From Eimeria praecox (lineage: Eukaryota): DNA of 64,000 nucleotides. Made by a program: the position numbers and the translations under genes. The notes beneath the pieces are model-generated. The model was not told the origin of the DNA. It did not search any database and was given only the letters and a program-made list of their open reading frames with translations. Each line of letters starts with the position of its first letter. The first letter of the stretch is position 1. Location: positions 620,001-684,000 of the forward strand of contig OY986949.1 of assembly GCA_963920595.1 (NCBI GenBank), written 5' to 3'. Positions 11,413-26,958 of this stretch are shown in pieces.

Positions 11413-14400
11413 ATGACGCTCATAAGCTACCCGCTACATAGGGCATGTACCCTACTAGCTCTCCTTGGTGTCTTTGGGGGTTCTGAGGCAAATTACATGC
11501 CAAGCTCCTCATCAGGACTCTCCGCGCAGGAGCAGTTCACTAGAGAAGAGCCCGGACAGCTTCTAGACGGAAGTGCGCCATACTTGATTTATTGCTTACT
11601 CTGCTGAGTGCTTGAGCATCAGATAGTTTCAGTTCATATTGCATGAACATTCTTCAGGTGTTCATGGAATGGGCCGGGTCATTCTGTTCCTCGTTGTGTC
11701 TCCCGTTACCTCTCAGAAATTCCGCGTAACGACGGCGGTGGCTTTCGTAGTGGTGGTCAGAAGAGCAGTGATGGCGGCTTCGGGGAGGAGAAGGAAACTC
11801 CTCCGCATGAGTATCCCGAGATGGCAGCTATACCAATGATGGCTGAAGCCGTCTTGGAGGACTGCGAGGATGAGGAAGAAGAGGAAGAAGAAGAAACTTC
11901 AGGCAGCACAAGGAGTAGCGATGAATCTTCGTCAAAAGAAGCTGACGAAGCTGCTTCGTTCAGAAAGGTACAGACATATAACACAACGGAGAGCGGTCCT
12001 CATCTGTTTGGTAGTAAAGGAATCCCCTGCTCTGGATGCACGGCCTCTAATGTTCAACCAGTCGCACAGCGGAAGACTTACCGGAGAACACCTGCTCATG
12101 CGCACCAGCTGCATGCACAAAGGAGTGTGAAAGTGCTTCATGATCGTTCCTTCAATGAGGCTACATCGGGAAAGCAGACGACCCTTCGTAGGAATCAGCC
12201 GCACAGTGAGGGAGCACCACGGAATCCACAGGTTTACCGCTTTGAAGGAAATGCGACTCATTTGAATATCCCGATAATTCGCCGAGCGTCTGGTCCGCAA
12301 GACACGGGAGAGCTGGAAGGCACAACCCGCAACTGTACCAGCAAGGACTTTCCACAGGGCACCCGAGTCGCCTACAGGGCCCGATATCCACGCGGAACAG
12401 GCACTCCTAAGGGATGCCTTCAAGAGAGGGTTTCCTCTCCACAAGTCTCTCACGTGGTTAAGAGAGAGCATTATTCGTCCGATATGGGTGCAACTGAAGC
12501 AGAAGAGTACTGCACTGATGGCTGTCAGCAAGCCGTCCCACATGCTTTCATTGTTAGATGCCCACGCAGAACAGGCACGCCTCAGGGGTGCCTTCACAGG
12601 AGAGAGCATTCTCCACAAATCGTTCGTTCTGCCCGGACATTGGACTATCCCTCCGGTGTGCATGAATCTGAAGCAGAGCAATATTATCGTGGCCGCTGTA
12701 GGCAAGCAACTCGCGGGAGATACAGGGCTCGATATCCATGCGGAACAGGCACGCCTCAGGGAAGCCTTCACAGGAGAGACGCCTCACAACAAACATTTCA
12801 TCAGTTTAAAGGCGCCACCCAGCAACATGGCAATGGCGCACCTGTTCCAAGCATGCGCAGCAGCGGGATGCATCTACCAAGCACTCGGCCAAACCCTGGT
12901 ACTCGGTTTCCACGAAGAACTGGCACACCGCAGGGAAGCCTTCAAAGGCTAGTTACCCCTCTGCAAAGGCCCCAATCAGTGCAGGTTCTCCATAGCCAGC
13001 ACAGTAGCATCTCTCCTGAATCGCAAGTACGCATAGACGAAGAATGTCCGCAGGCGACACAATTGGCCCGCAGGGATCGGTGCCCACAAGGAACAGGCAC
13101 GCCTCAGGGATGCCTTCGCAGGAGGGAACCCCCCGTACAAATCTCTCACATGGTTCAAGAAACCCCTTATTCTACCGAGATGGACTTGCCTGAAAGCGAA
13201 GCATACAACAGTGACGACTGTTCGCAAGCCTTGCGTGGGACTTGGACGGATCCATTGCCATGCGCAGCAGGCGTGTTTCAGGGATGCCTTTGCATGAGGG
13301 AAGCCTCACCGCAACCCCTCCAGGCAGTTCAAGATCCCCCAGATGCAAGCGGCACGTGTACATCCGAAGGAAAAACATTCAGTGGAGAGACGTCTTCAAC
13401 CAGTTTTCGCGAGGCCTTCACCGCTCGCTATTTTGCAGAAGCACGCATGGCGGAGACAGGTGCCGATAGTGACTTTGACTTTCAGTGGGATGACGGTGAG
13501 GAAAATGACGAACTCATTTCCCTTGCTTGTGAGGCGGTCACAAAGTCAAGCTTATCACCATTGCAACAGCGGCAAAAGAGAACAGACGAACCTCAACAGA
13601 GCTGTCGAACTAACAGGTTCGAAGAGACTGTCCCAGCTGCCAATCAAAGGCAGGCCTTAGAAGCTGCCGACCCCTTCCAGATTGTGAGATTCTGTTCAAT
13701 GTGCTGGCTGTACGGCCTTAGCAGCTGCCTTCGTGAGCGCATGAGCAACACCCATACCAATGCATATCATTGCATATTGTTTTGCGGCAATTCAAAGTTT
13801 GCTTCTGGTTCCCGTTGTTTTGGGTTTGCAGCGAACACAAGAGACTCCCCAATATGCTATCGCCCCGCAAACAGATGGCCAGGACAAGCAGCAACAGGCG
13901 CACCAGCAGCAGAGCAGGATTGCACTATTAGGTTTGCCTCACACAGCAGTTGGGAGCACAAATTCTAAGTGGAGCACCTCTTGCGAGAATGCAGGTCTTC
14001 TCGACCCGTCGGGGATTTGGAGTTCTAAGTGGGTGCCAGATTTCCCTGGGAATCCTGCCTGGGAAGGGGTAGGAAGTGCCAACAGTACACATTTTTCGGT
14101 GGGACGTCAGGAGGATGATTGTTGGGGACGACGAAGGCACAAGGAGGTCTCGAGTTCAAATAGCGATTCAAATCGTTGTCTGCAACATCCGGCTACGCCT
14201 GACGAACAGACGCAGATGCCGGGCCTTAGTACACATACAGTTAATCCTTTTCAGTTACCACAAGTTGCACAGGCTGCAGGTGGATGTGACCATTGTGGCA
14301 TTTCGTCATCAATGAACTCAGGGAAAACATCATCATCTCCATCACATGGCATTACATCAGAGAATTCAGGGACCACTTCACAAAGTCCCTTCAAACAAGG

Positions 14401-15754
14401 CCAAGCTGGCCTAGGAAATTTGAGCTGCTGTCTATCAGCTGGTACCTTCTTGCAATCTCCCAGGTTAGGGCCCGACTTTCGTGCTGCTCTGTTGTCGACA
14501 TCGTGGGCCGCTTCCTGCGATTTAGCAGGCCTTGATAAAGGGGTTGTGGGATGCAACCCTGAGCACGTGGAACCTGAGTCCTACGACTCATCCCACATGT
14601 CAGCGGACACTGAACAGCACGATAGCAGGGCAATGAAAGGCCCATTGCTCAGATCCGCGCAAGCTAACGATCTACTCGGCCCAGCGGGTGGCAGCGAGTG
14701 CTCTCGCGCTGACCTTGGCAATGCACAGCAAGCTCCTAAGGATTCTCCTGCGCCTCAAGACAACTCTCCAGAGGCCTTGTCACCATTTTGGCTTGGAGAC
14801 GATCCTGTCCTAGAGCTGGTACAGAAATCTCAGTTTGCTTCTATTGGGGCATACATACTTGCGAAGTCATCAAAGGGTTCAGCAAAGTTGCAGGAAGGCA
14901 CTTCGAAAACTTCATCGCTCCCGGACGGTGTTGTACCTAGGTCTCGTGAATCGCCAGAAGTCGCCAGTAGACTGAGCGAAGGGCCTCTACGTCTTCAGGA
15001 AGAACGAAGATCACCAATACTTACGGTTTCAGGCGGCATTGATGCGCTTCCAGCATATCATGCAAATTATACTCTGGAGGTACGCCAGCCACACCCAAGT
15101 CATATATAAGCTAAACAAGTATTAGGCATGCATAAATGAAATGAAGCATTGAATTTGTACCTGTCCTAGATGGGTGCTTCCCTATCCACGCCGAGCTTCA
15201 TCAGCAGAACTGGTGAATGCGCGTCATACCTCCTAGCATTTGCGAAAATACAAGCATCTACCTGTGTCCCCCTGGTCTGTCCAGCGTTCCCAAACTGTGT
15301 GCGGGCTTCGTCCATTAGTAATGGGGCACGAACATGAACCAGATAGGCAGCACAATGCCTCACAAGCAACGCAGCCACCGGACGCGGCATTATCGAGAAT
15401 TCCAATGAGCGTGGTGAAGATAGAGCAGACTCCAAGTAGTATTGTGCCAAACTGTGAAGAATCAGAACTCTTGGATTGCTTTTCACCTGCATTACATCAC
15501 AAACAAGAGTCCGTCCCAGGTGGCCGTAACCGCCAGCCAGTTCTTTTCTACCTGCAGCAGTATAAGCAGGCATGATTTGCTTGTTCATTTCCTTTTGACA
15601 GCATTCAAGCCATAATATTCGTTTCCCTCCCCTGCTCTGCTTTTACTGCCTGTCTTCCGCCTTGTCTGCAGACACCTCGGAGACAGAAAATGCTTCGTGT
15701 AGTACCCCACCAGAAGATTATGCGCTCCGTCGGAAGCTTATTGGGCATTGCTAG
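11413..15754 (+). CDS. Hypothetical spliced repeat protein, copy 2
   Basis: Copy 1 shifted by 7773. ORFs 11413, 11821..13968, 13760..15109 and 15240 are intact, with the same splice signals. Confidence 0.65.
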
Positions 15755-18700
15755 CTTGAGATTGCAAGCCTAGTTTCCTAGTCGTATCGACGCCACTGCA
15801 AATTTATGAATAATGACAAGCAGAACGTTGCACGAGCGACGCAGAGCCCAGGAGCAGCAGCTGTTCCGTCAGTTGCTGCGTCAGGGATGAATTGCTTCAG
15901 CACTGGTTAGGTCGTGGATGCCAGCCGGCCAGCCTCAGCAAGCCCATACTCCCTTAATTATGCACTTACATGGACCACAATTGTTTTTCAAAGCGGACGA
16001 GCCTTGCATCCTATTGGAGAGCATGCTGGTGTGCCCTCGTCGCCTCAGGCGGTACCTGGCCCACCTTCCTTCATTTACCATGAACAGCTTGCTGCCTGTT
16101 GCAGTCTAAGGTTGCCGACTCTGCATGGTGCATTCCACTGCGTGCCACTTATCAATGTTATGTTGAGTGCAACAAAGCCTTGATCTAGTATGGGAAGGGA
16201 CTAGGGAAACATAAATCTATGTGGACTGCCCAATCAACAAAATCGGAATACATGCGTTGAACGTAGACGTATTGATGTGATATGAAACTCCGAAGTTGCC
16301 GTGCTTTGTCCTTGGCATAAACAGGACTCGAGCTTTGCAACGATAGGTAATAGATTACTTATATACTCGAGGGTGACAAACAGAACTGCATATGAGGTCA
16401 TCACAGCAGCCAAAGGGTTACAGGAAGCGAACATTTAACTCAGCTGCATTGCACTTGGTTGCTGCAGCTATTGGGAGAGCCTGTCTTTCTACAGTTAAGT
16501 GTAACATTAATTCAACTCACCAGCCCCTGCATGGGTGCTCCTCTAGTCAAATGCTTGGCGTAAAGCGCAAAGGCTCTCCACGGAAACCCTGTAATATTCA
16601 TCTGGGTTTGGCAAAGCGTTGCCAAGGGAAATGTGTATCGCTTGCGAAGTACTGAGCAACTAATCGGGTGTCCGGCAGCCTGGAAACTTCTCTTGTTGTG
16701 GAGGCCGCAGATGGGGGTAAGGTTGCACTAGCGTTGGTGTCTGAAGAACCTGTGTCGAGCAATCCAGTTCGTTGCTCTACGGAGATACAGCCACTGGCGA
16801 GAGAAAGTGACCTCGCCGTACAGACGATTTAAGGGGCACCTGATGAGGCAAGGCTGCTTCCCTGGGTTTTAATCAGGAGCGAGCGAAAGCTGGATCTATG
16901 GCCAGACATACTTTGTATTTCCCCATAGATTCTGCCTGCCACTCGCCTCTAATAGCCTGCAAATAATGCGACGAAATCTTGGCCGACGGTATTTGTTTCC
17001 GTGAGAACGGAGAAGATCTGGACTACCCAGCCCAAAGCAATGGCATCCCCTCCAAGTGTTTGCTGCTGGAGGTGCCCACTGTTTCGCTATCACAGGACCA
17101 GCCATCAACGCAGCAATGAAATGACGGCGTGTATATCTGAGCCCACGAGGCAAAGGGTGCAAGCATGACTGCTTACTCACTAAGGAAGGAAAGCGCATGC
17201 TCAGTCACGTCACCACCGATAGCATGAGTGGTTAAGCCAGCGCAGGTAAAACGCAGCACAGACCGGCTCGCACCTTCTGTTACACATACGGCCTTCAGCA
17301 CCTGTGACAGTACGCAAAGACCCCATTTCTGCTTCGCGTCCGCGCAGTAAACACAAATTATCAGCATTGTCATGTGATGTTTCTACCGCACTTTCGCTTG
17401 AAAGGACGATGCAGATTTAGGGAGTGAAACGGGCACTGAACCAATATTATGCTCTGAGCATGGGGCTACAGCGTCACGAACATTCCGAGGCGCAGCGGAA
17501 AAGCCACGAGATTGTGCATATCCTACTCTGCATTAGAACAACGCGGATGTGTGTAAATGCTTAAACACCCGCAACTCAAGATGGCCACTTGCCATTCATG
17601 CTGTGAAGAGAAAGATACAAAAGGGAAGGCACGTGTAGTCCATGCAATAGTGCAATAGACGAGGTACCCAGCAGTGTTCTGTTTCGTTCTGCTTCTGAAC
17701 AGCGCAGAGTACACAGTGCTCCCTTACTCATGCATGTTTTAGATATATGGAGGGATTATCTAGCTTAGAGGTGGATGCCGGATGAGAGCGCGATGCCTTG
17801 TGCAGCTGCTAGAGTGAGTCATCTCATATTTTAGGGACACTACAGGAGGGGCAGAAGGAGAGCGGAAGCCTGCTGCAGTGTCACTGCCCCTTTCACGACC
17901 CGAAACAAGACCCTTCGTTAAAGGTGAAACAATGGATTAATCCAGAATATATCGTGCAGTGTGGTGAGCTGCATGAAGGAGCTTTTCTTTCTAATATCTG
18001 CACCCTAATGCTTGATGATGTCCACTCCTGACTGGTTCGCGAGGAATAACCCAACGAAAAGGTGCGTCAGGAGGACACTACATGTACCACTTTTCGCCTC
18101 GAAATTTTCGGTTTGGCTCAATCGTAAAGCGGGCCCTTATGCTTACACTAGCTGGCTGTCTGAGGGGTAAGCTGCTGCTCCATGGTTGTGCACGAGTCCC
18201 CTGAGGGGCCCTAGTGACCCATATTCACGAGGTTTGTGTGCAAGCCATCTGCATCTTTAAGTTCTCATCAGAACTTTGCCAGAATTGAAATTAGACTGCA
18301 TTGAAAACCATCAAGGTGCTTCTGCTGTGGCTAGGGAAGAGCTGCAGGAAACGACGCATTGGGGCACGAAGCCCTTCCAATGTGACTTGCTACCAATCAC
18401 CTGGCCACAATAGATCAGGCCTTTTCCGTCCATTACAAGTGCAGTAAACGTATCAAGTGTTAGGATTAATTGATCAAAATTCAAATATAATCAAGGAAGA
18501 CCGCTTTCAGGATGCAACGAAGCTCCAACCGAACGCCCGAGGTCCAGGACCTCGCTTGCCGACAGACCCTAGGCCACTGGACTGATGTCACGCTACCCGC
18601 CTCGTGGCTACCTTGTGGCCTTGTCCACTTTAATCAGTTTCGCTCTCAATCACCTGCAAATATCCGAATTAACAAGCAAACAAAGTGTTGCCTTTTTCAA

Positions 18701-19185
18701 AACCATTGTTTTTTCAATATTATTATCGCGTTAGCGTCTGCGTCTGCAAAGCAGCGAGTGTCCTGCCATCGACAGCCCAGGCAATTGTCTTCGGAAACAA
18801 CTTTTGTCACGCTATCTGCTTCTCTCACCGCTTCTAACCGTCTGAATATTATAGTCTGCTGTGAGGTCTTTCATCCTCACCAAGGTAAGAAGGCAAGAAT
18901 TCCCTCCACGGCTGCGAGCCTTTACCCAGCAAAGCGAATTCTTAGTGTCTTTGGTCAGAATCTTTGGCGCCTTCGGTCACTGGGTGCACTCCTACACGCC
19001 TTGATGAAACCCGCTATCCTCATAGTTCCTTTACGCCCATTGGATGTTTTGTACATCACTCAAGTAACAAAGTTTGGACCTTCGGACATGGTGTACGCAC
19101 CACAGGCCCACTCAATGTCCATCGTGTGCTCTGCCTTTGGCCTGTCATCCGCAGCCTGGACGGAAACTACTGAAACTACTGGAGA

Positions 19186-22100
19186 ATGACGCTCATAAGC
19201 TACCCGCTACATAGGGCATGTACCCTACTAGCTCTCCTTGGTGTCTTTGGGGGTTCTGAGGCAAATTACATGCCAAGCTCCTCATCAGGACTCTCCGCGC
19301 AGGAGCAGTTCACTAGAGAAGAGCCCGGACAGCTTCTAGACGGAAGTGCGCCATACTTGATTTATTGCTTACTCTGCTGAGTGCTTGAGCATCAGATAGT
19401 TTCAGTTCATATTGCATGAACATTCTTCAGGTGTTCATGGAATGGGCCGGGTCATTCTGTTCCTCGTTGTGTCTCCCGTTACCTCTCAGAAATTCCGCGT
19501 AACGACGGCGGTGGCTTTCGTAGTGGTGGTCAGAAGAGCAGTGATGGCGGCTTCGGGGAGGAGAAGGAAACTCCTCCGCATGAGTATCCCGAGATGGCAG
19601 CTATACCAATGATGGCTGAAGCCGTCTTGGAGGACTGCGAGGATGAGGAAGAAGAGGAAGAAGAAGAAACTTCAGGCAGCACAAGGAGTAGCGATGAATC
19701 TTCGTCAAAAGAAGCTGACGAAGCTGCTTCGTTCAGAAAGGTACAGACATATAACACAACGGAGAGCGGTCCTCATCTGTTTGGTAGTAAAGGAATCCCC
19801 TGCTCTGGATGCACGGCCTCTAATGTTCAACCAGTCGCACAGCGGAAGACTTACCGGAGAACACCTGCTCATGCGCACCAGCTGCATGCACAAAGGAGTG
19901 TGAAAGTGCTTCATGATCGTTCCTTCAATGAGGCTACATCGGGAAAGCAGACGACCCTTCGTAGGAATCAGCCGCACAGTGAGGGAGCACCACGGAATCC
20001 ACAGGTTTACCGCTTTGAAGGAAATGCGACTCATTTGAATATCCCGATAATTCGCCGAGCGTCTGGTCCGCAAGACACGGGAGAGCTGGAAGGCACAACC
20101 CGCAACTGTACCAGCAAGGACTTTCCACAGGGCACCCGAGTCGCCTACAGGGCCCGATATCCACGCGGAACAGGCACTCCTAAGGGATGCCTTCAAGAGA
20201 GGGTTTCCTCTCCACAAGTCTCTCACGTGGTTAAGAGAGAGCATTATTCGTCCGATATGGGCGCAACTGAAGCAGAAGAGTACTGCACTGATGGCTGTCA
20301 GCAAGCCGTCCCACATGCTTTCATTGTTAGATGCCCACGCAGAACAGGCACGCCTCAGGGGTGCCTTCACAGGAGAGAGCATTCTCCACAAATCGTTCGT
20401 TCTGCCCGGACATTGGACTATCCCTCCGGTGTGCATGAATCTGAAGCAGAGCAATATTATCGTGGCCGCTGTAGGCAAGCAACTCGCGGGAGATACAGGG
20501 CTCGATATCCATGCGGAACAGGCACGCCTCAGGGAAGCCTTCACAGGAGAGACGCCTCACAACAAACATTTCATCAGTTTAAAGGCGCCACCCAGCAACA
20601 TGGCAATGGCGCACCTGTTCCAAGCATGCGCAGCAGCGGGATGCATCTACCAAGCACTCGGCCAAACCCTGGTACTCGGTTTCCACGAAGAACTGGCACA
20701 CCGCAGGGAAGCCTTCAAAGGCTAGTTACCCCTCTGCAAAGGCCCCAATCAGTGCAGGTTCTCCATAGCCAGCACAGTAGCATCTCTCCTGAATCGCAAG
20801 TACGCATAGACGAAGAATGTCCGCAGGCGACACAATTGGCCCGCAGGGATCGGTGCCCACAAGGAACAGGCACGCCTCAGGGATGCCTTCGCAGGAGGGA
20901 ACCCCCCGTACAAATCTCTCACATGGTTCAAGAAACCCCTTATTCTACCGAGATGGACTTGCCTGAAAGCGAAGCATACAACAGTGACGACTGTTCGCAA
21001 GCCTTGCGTGGGACTTGGACGGATCCATTGCCATGCGCAGCAGGCGTGTTTCAGGGATGCCTTTGCATGAGGGAAGCCTCACCGCAACCCCCCCAAGCAG
21101 TTCAAGATCCCCCAGATGCAAGCGGCACGTGTACATCCGAAGGAAAAACATTCAGTGGAGAGACGTCTTCAACCAGTTTTCGCGAGGCCTTCACCGCTCG
21201 CTATTTTGCAGAAGCACGCATGGCGGAGACAGGTGCCGATAGTGACTTTGACTTTCAGTGGGATGACGGTGAGGAAAATGACGAACTCATTTCCCTTGCT
21301 TGTGAGGCGGTCACAAAGTCAAGCTTATCACCATTGCAACAGCGGCAAAAGAGAACAGACGAACCTCAACAGAGCTGTCGAACTAACAGGTTCGAAGAGA
21401 CTGTCCCAGCTGCCAATCAAAGGCAGGCCTTAGAAGCTGTCGACCCCTTCCAGATTGTGAGATTCTGTTCAATGTGCTGGCTGTACGGCCTTAGCAGCTG
21501 CCTTCGTGAGCGCATGAGCAACACCCATACCAATGCATATCATTGCATATTGTTTTGCGGCAATTCAAAGTTTGCTTCTGGTTCCCGTTGTTTTGGGTTT
21601 GCAGCGAACACAAGAGACTCCCCAATATGCTATCGCCCCGCAAACAGATGGCCAGGACAAGCAGCAACAGGCGCACCAGCAGCAGAGCAGGATTGCACTA
21701 TTAGGTTTGCCTCACACAGCAGTTGGGAGCACAAATTCTAAGTGGAGCACCTCTTGCGAGAATACAGGTCTTCTCGACCCGTCGGGGATTTGGAGTTCTA
21801 AGTGGGTGCCAGATTTCCCTGGGAATCCTGCCTGGGAAGGGGTAGGAAGTGCCAACAGTACACATTTTTCGGTGGGACGTCAGGAGGATGATTGTTGGGG
21901 ACGACGAAGGCACGAGGAGGTCTCGAGTTCTAATAGCGATTCAAATCGTTGTCTGCAACATCCGGCTACGCCTGACGAACAGACGCAGATGCCGGGCCTT
22001 AGTACACATACAGTTAATCCTTTTCAGTTACCACAAGTTGCACAGGCTGCAGGTGGATGTGACCATTGTGGCATTTCGTCATCAATGAACTCAGGGAAAA

Positions 22101-23527
22101 CATCATCATCTCCATCACATGGCATTACATCAGAGAATTCAGGGACCACTTCACAAAGTCCCTTCAAACAAGGCCAAGCTGGCCTAGGAAATTTGAGTTG
22201 CTGTCTATCAGCCGGTACCTTCTTGCAATCTCCCAGGTTAGGGCCCGACTTACGTGCTGCTCTGTTGTCGACATCGTGGGCCGCTTCCTGCGATTTAGCA
22301 GGCCTTGATAAAGGGGTTGTGGGATGCAACCCTGAGCACGTGGAACCTGAGTCCTACGACTCATCCCACATGTCAGCGGACACTGAACAGCACGATAGCA
22401 GGGCAATGAAAGGCCCATTGCTCAGATCCGCGCAAGCTAACGATCTACTCGGCCCAGCGGGTGGCAGCGAGTGCTCTCGCGCTGACCTTGGCAATGCACA
22501 GCAAGCTCCTAAGGATTCTCCTGCGCCTCAAGACAACTCTCCAGAGGCCTTGTCACCATTTTGGCTTGGAGACGATCCTGTCCTAGAGCTGGTACAGAAA
22601 TCTCAGTTTGCTTCTATTGGGGCATACATACTTGCGAAGTCATCAAAGGGTTCAGCAAAGTTGCAGGAAGGCACTTCGAAAACTTCATCGCTCCCGGACG
22701 GTGTTGTACCTAGGTCTCGTGAATCGCCAGAAGTCGCCAGTAGACTGAGCGAAGGGCCTCTACGTCTTCAGGAAGAACGAAGATCACCAATACTTACGGT
22801 TTCAGGCGGCATTGATGCGCTTCCAGCATATCATGCAAATTATACTCTGGAGGTACGCCAGCCACACCCAAGTCATATATAAGCTAAACAAGTATTAGGC
22901 ATGCATAAATGAAATGAAGCATTGAATTTGTACCTGTCCTAGATGGGTGCTTCCCTATCCACGCCGAGCTTCATCAGCAGAACTGGTGAATGCGCGTCAT
23001 ACCTCCTAGCATTTGCGAAAATACAAGCATCTACCTGTGTCCCCCTGGTCTGTCCAGCGTTCCCAAACTGTGTGCGGGCTTCGTCCATTAGTAATGGGGC
23101 ACGAACATGAACCAGATAGGCAGCACAATGCCTCACAAGCAACGCAGCCACCGGACGCGGCATTATCGAGAATTCCAATGAGCGTGGTGAAGATAGAGCA
23201 GACTCCAAGTAGTATTGTGCCAAACTGTGAAGAATCAGAACTCTTGGATTGCTTTTCACCTGCATTACATCACAAACAAGAGTCCGTCCCAGGTGGCCGT
23301 AACCGCCAGCCAGTTCTTTTCTACCTGCAGCAGTATAAGCAGGCATGATTTGCTTGTTCATTTCCTTTTGACAGCATTCAAGCCATAATATTCGTTTCCC
23401 TCCCCTGCTCTGCTTTTACTGCCTGTCTTCCGCCTTGTCTGCAGACACCTCGGAGACAGAAAATGCTTCGTGTAGTACCCCACCAGAAGATTATGCGCTC
23501 CGTCGGAAGCTTATTGGGCATTGCTAG
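19186..23527 (+). CDS. Hypothetical spliced repeat protein, copy 3
   Basis: Copy 1 shifted by 15546. ORFs intact with a few substitutions (PQPPQ, EAVDP, ENTG, HEEV, PDLR). Confidence 0.65.
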
Positions 23528-26500
23528 CTTGAGATTGCAAGCCTAGGTTCCTAGTCGTATCGACGCCACTGCAAATTTATGAATAATGACAAGCAGAACG
23601 TTGCACGAGCGACGCAGAGCCCAGGAGCAGCAGCTGTTCCGTCAGTTGCTGCGTCAGGGATGAATTGCTTCAGCACTGGTTAGGTCGTGGATGCCAGCCG
23701 GCCAGCCTCAGCAAGCCCATGCTCCCTTAATTATGCACTTACATGGACCACAATTGTTTTTCAAAGCGGACGAGCCTTGCATCCTATTGGAGAGCATGCT
23801 GGTGTGCCCTCGTCGCCTCAGGCGGTACCTGGCCCACCTTCCTTCATTTACCATGAACAGCTTGCTGCCTGTTGCAGTCTAAGGTTGCCGACTCTGCATG
23901 GTGCATTCCACTGCGTGCCACTTATCAATGTTATGTTGAGTGCAACAAAGCCTTGATCTAGTATGGGAAGGGACTAGGGAAACATAAATCTATGTGGACT
24001 GCCCAATCAACAAAATCGGAATACATGCGTTGAACGTAGACGTATTGATGTGATATGAAACTCCGAAGTTGCCGTGCTTTGTCCTTGGCATAAACAGGAC
24101 TCGAGCTTTGCAACGATAGGTAATAGATTACTTATATACTCGAGGGTGACAAACAGAACTGCATATGAGGTCATCACAGCAGCCAAAGGGTTACAGGAAG
24201 CGAACATTTAACTCAGCTGCATTGCACTTGGTTGCTGCAGCTATTGGGAGAGCCTGTCTTTCTACAGTTAAGTGTAACATTAATTCAACTCACCAGCCCC
24301 TGCATGGGTGCTCCTCTAGTCAAATGCTTGGCGTAAAGCGCAAAGGCTCTCCACGGAAACCCTGTAATATTCATCTGGGTTTGGCAAAGCGTTGCCAAGG
24401 GAAATGTGTATCGCTTGCGAAGTACTGAGCAACTAATCGGGTGTCCGGCAGCCTGGAAACTTCTCTTGTTGTGGAGGCCGCAGATGGGGGTAAGGTTGCA
24501 CTAGCGTTGGTGTCTGAAGAACCTGTGTCGAGCAATCCAGTTCGTTGCTCTACGGAGATACAGCCACTGGCGAGAGAAAGTGACCTCGCCGTACAGACGA
24601 TTTAAGGGGCACCTGATGAGGCAAGGCTGCTTCCCTGGGTTTTAATCAGGAGCGAGCGAAAGCTGGATCTATGGCCAGACATACTTTGTATTTCCCCATA
24701 GATTCTGCCTGCCACTCGCCTCTAATAGCCTGCAAATAATGCGACGAAATCTTGGCCGACGGTATTTGTTTCCGTGAGAACGGAGAAGATCTGGACTACC
24801 CAGCCCAAAGCAATGGCATCCCCTCCAAGTGTTTGCTGCTGGAGGTGCCCACTGTTTCGCTATCACAGGACCAGCCATCAACGCAGCAATGAAATGACGG
24901 CGTGTATATCTGAGCCCACGAGGCAAAGGGTGCAAGCATGACTGCTTACTCACTAAGGAAGGAAAGCGCATGCTCAGTCACGTCACCACCGATAGCATGA
25001 GTGGTTAAGCCAGCGCAGGTAAAACGCAGCACAGACCGGCTCGCACCTTCTGTTACACATACGGCCTTCAGCACCTGTGACAGTACGCAAAGACCCCATT
25101 TCTGCTTCGCGTCCGCGCAGTAAACACAAATTATCAGCATTGTCATGTGATGTTTCTACCGCACTTTCGCTTGAAAGGACGATGCAGATTTAGGGAGTGA
25201 AACGGGCACTGAACCAATATTATGCTCTGAGCATGGGGCTACAGCGTCACGAACATTCCGAGGCGCAGTGGAAAAGCCACGAGATTGTGCATATCCTACT
25301 CTGCATTAGAACAACGCGGATGTGTGTAAATGCTTAAACACCCGCAACTCAAGATGACCACTTGCAATTCATGCTGTGAAGAGAAAGATACAAAAGGGAA
25401 GGCACGTGTAGTCCATGCAATAGTGCAATAGACGAGGTACCCAGCAGTGTTCTGTTTCGTTCTGCTTCTGAACAGCGCAGAGTACACAGTGCTCCCTTAC
25501 TCATGCATGTTTTAGATATATGGAGGGATTATCTAGCTTAGAGGTGGATGCCGGATGAGAGCGCGATGCCTTGTGCAGCTGCTAGAGTGAGTCATCTCAT
25601 ATTTTAGGGACACTACAGGAGGGGCAGAAGGAGAGCGGAAGCCTGCTGCAGTGTCACTGCCCCTTTCACGACCCGAAACAAGACCCTTCGTTAAAGGTGA
25701 AACAATGGATTAATCCAGAATATATCGTGCAGTGTGGTGAGCTGCATGAAGGAGCTTTTCTTTCTAATATCTGCACCCTAATGCTTGATGATGTCCACTC
25801 CTGACTGGTTCGCGAGGAATAACCCAACGAAAAGGTGCGTCAGGAGGACACTACATGTACCACTTTTCGCCTCGAAATTTTCGGTTTGGCTCAATCGTAA
25901 AGCGGGCCCTTATGCTTACACTAGCTGGCTGTCTGAAGGGTAAGCTGCTGCTCCATGGTTGTGCACGAGTCCCCTGAGGGGCCCTAGTGACCCATATTCA
26001 CGAGTTTTGTGTGCAAGCCATCTGCATCTTTAAGTTCTCATCAGAACTTTGCCAGAATTGAAATTAGACTGCATTGAAAACCATCAAGGTGCTTCTGCTG
26101 TGGCTAGGGAAGAGCTGCAGGAAACGACGCATTGGGGCACGAAGCCCTTCCAATGTGACTTGCTACCAATCACCTGGCCACAATAGATCAGGCCTTTTCC
26201 GTCCATTACAAGTGCAGTAAACGTATCACGTGTTAGGATTAATTGATCAAAATTCAAATATAATCAAGGAAGACCGCTTTCAGGATGCAACGAAGCTCCA
26301 ACCGAACGCCCGAGATCCCGGACCTCGCTTGCCGACAGACCCTAGGCCACTGGACTGATGTCACGCTACCCGCCTCGTGGCTACCTTGTGGCCTTGTCCA
26401 CTTTAATCAGTTTCGCTCTCAATCACCTGCAAATATCCGAATTAACAAGCAAACAAAGTGTTGCCTTTTTCAAAACCTTTGTTTTTTCAATATTATTATC

Positions 26501-26958
26501 GCATTAGCGTCTGCGTCTGCAAAGCAGCGAGTGTCCTGCCATCGACAGCCCAGGCAATTGTCTTCGGAAACAACTTTCGTCACGCTATCTGCTTCTCTCA
26601 CCGCTTCTAACCGTCTGAATATTATAGTCTGCTGTGAGGTCTTTCATCCTCACCAAGGTAAGAAGGCAAGAATTCCCTCCACGGCTGCGAGCCTTTACCC
26701 AGCAAAGCGAATTCTTAGTGTCTTTGGTCAGAATCTTTGGCGCCTTCGGTCACTGGGTGCACTCCTACACGCCTTGATGAAACCCGCTATCCTCATAGTT
26801 CCTTTACGCCCATTGGATGTTTTGTACATCACTCAAGTAACAAAGTTTGGACCTTAGGACATGGTGTACGCGCCACAGGCCCACTCAATGTCCATCGTGT
26901 GCTCTGCCTTTGGCCTGTCATCTGCAGCCTGGACGGAAACTACTGAAACTACTGGAGA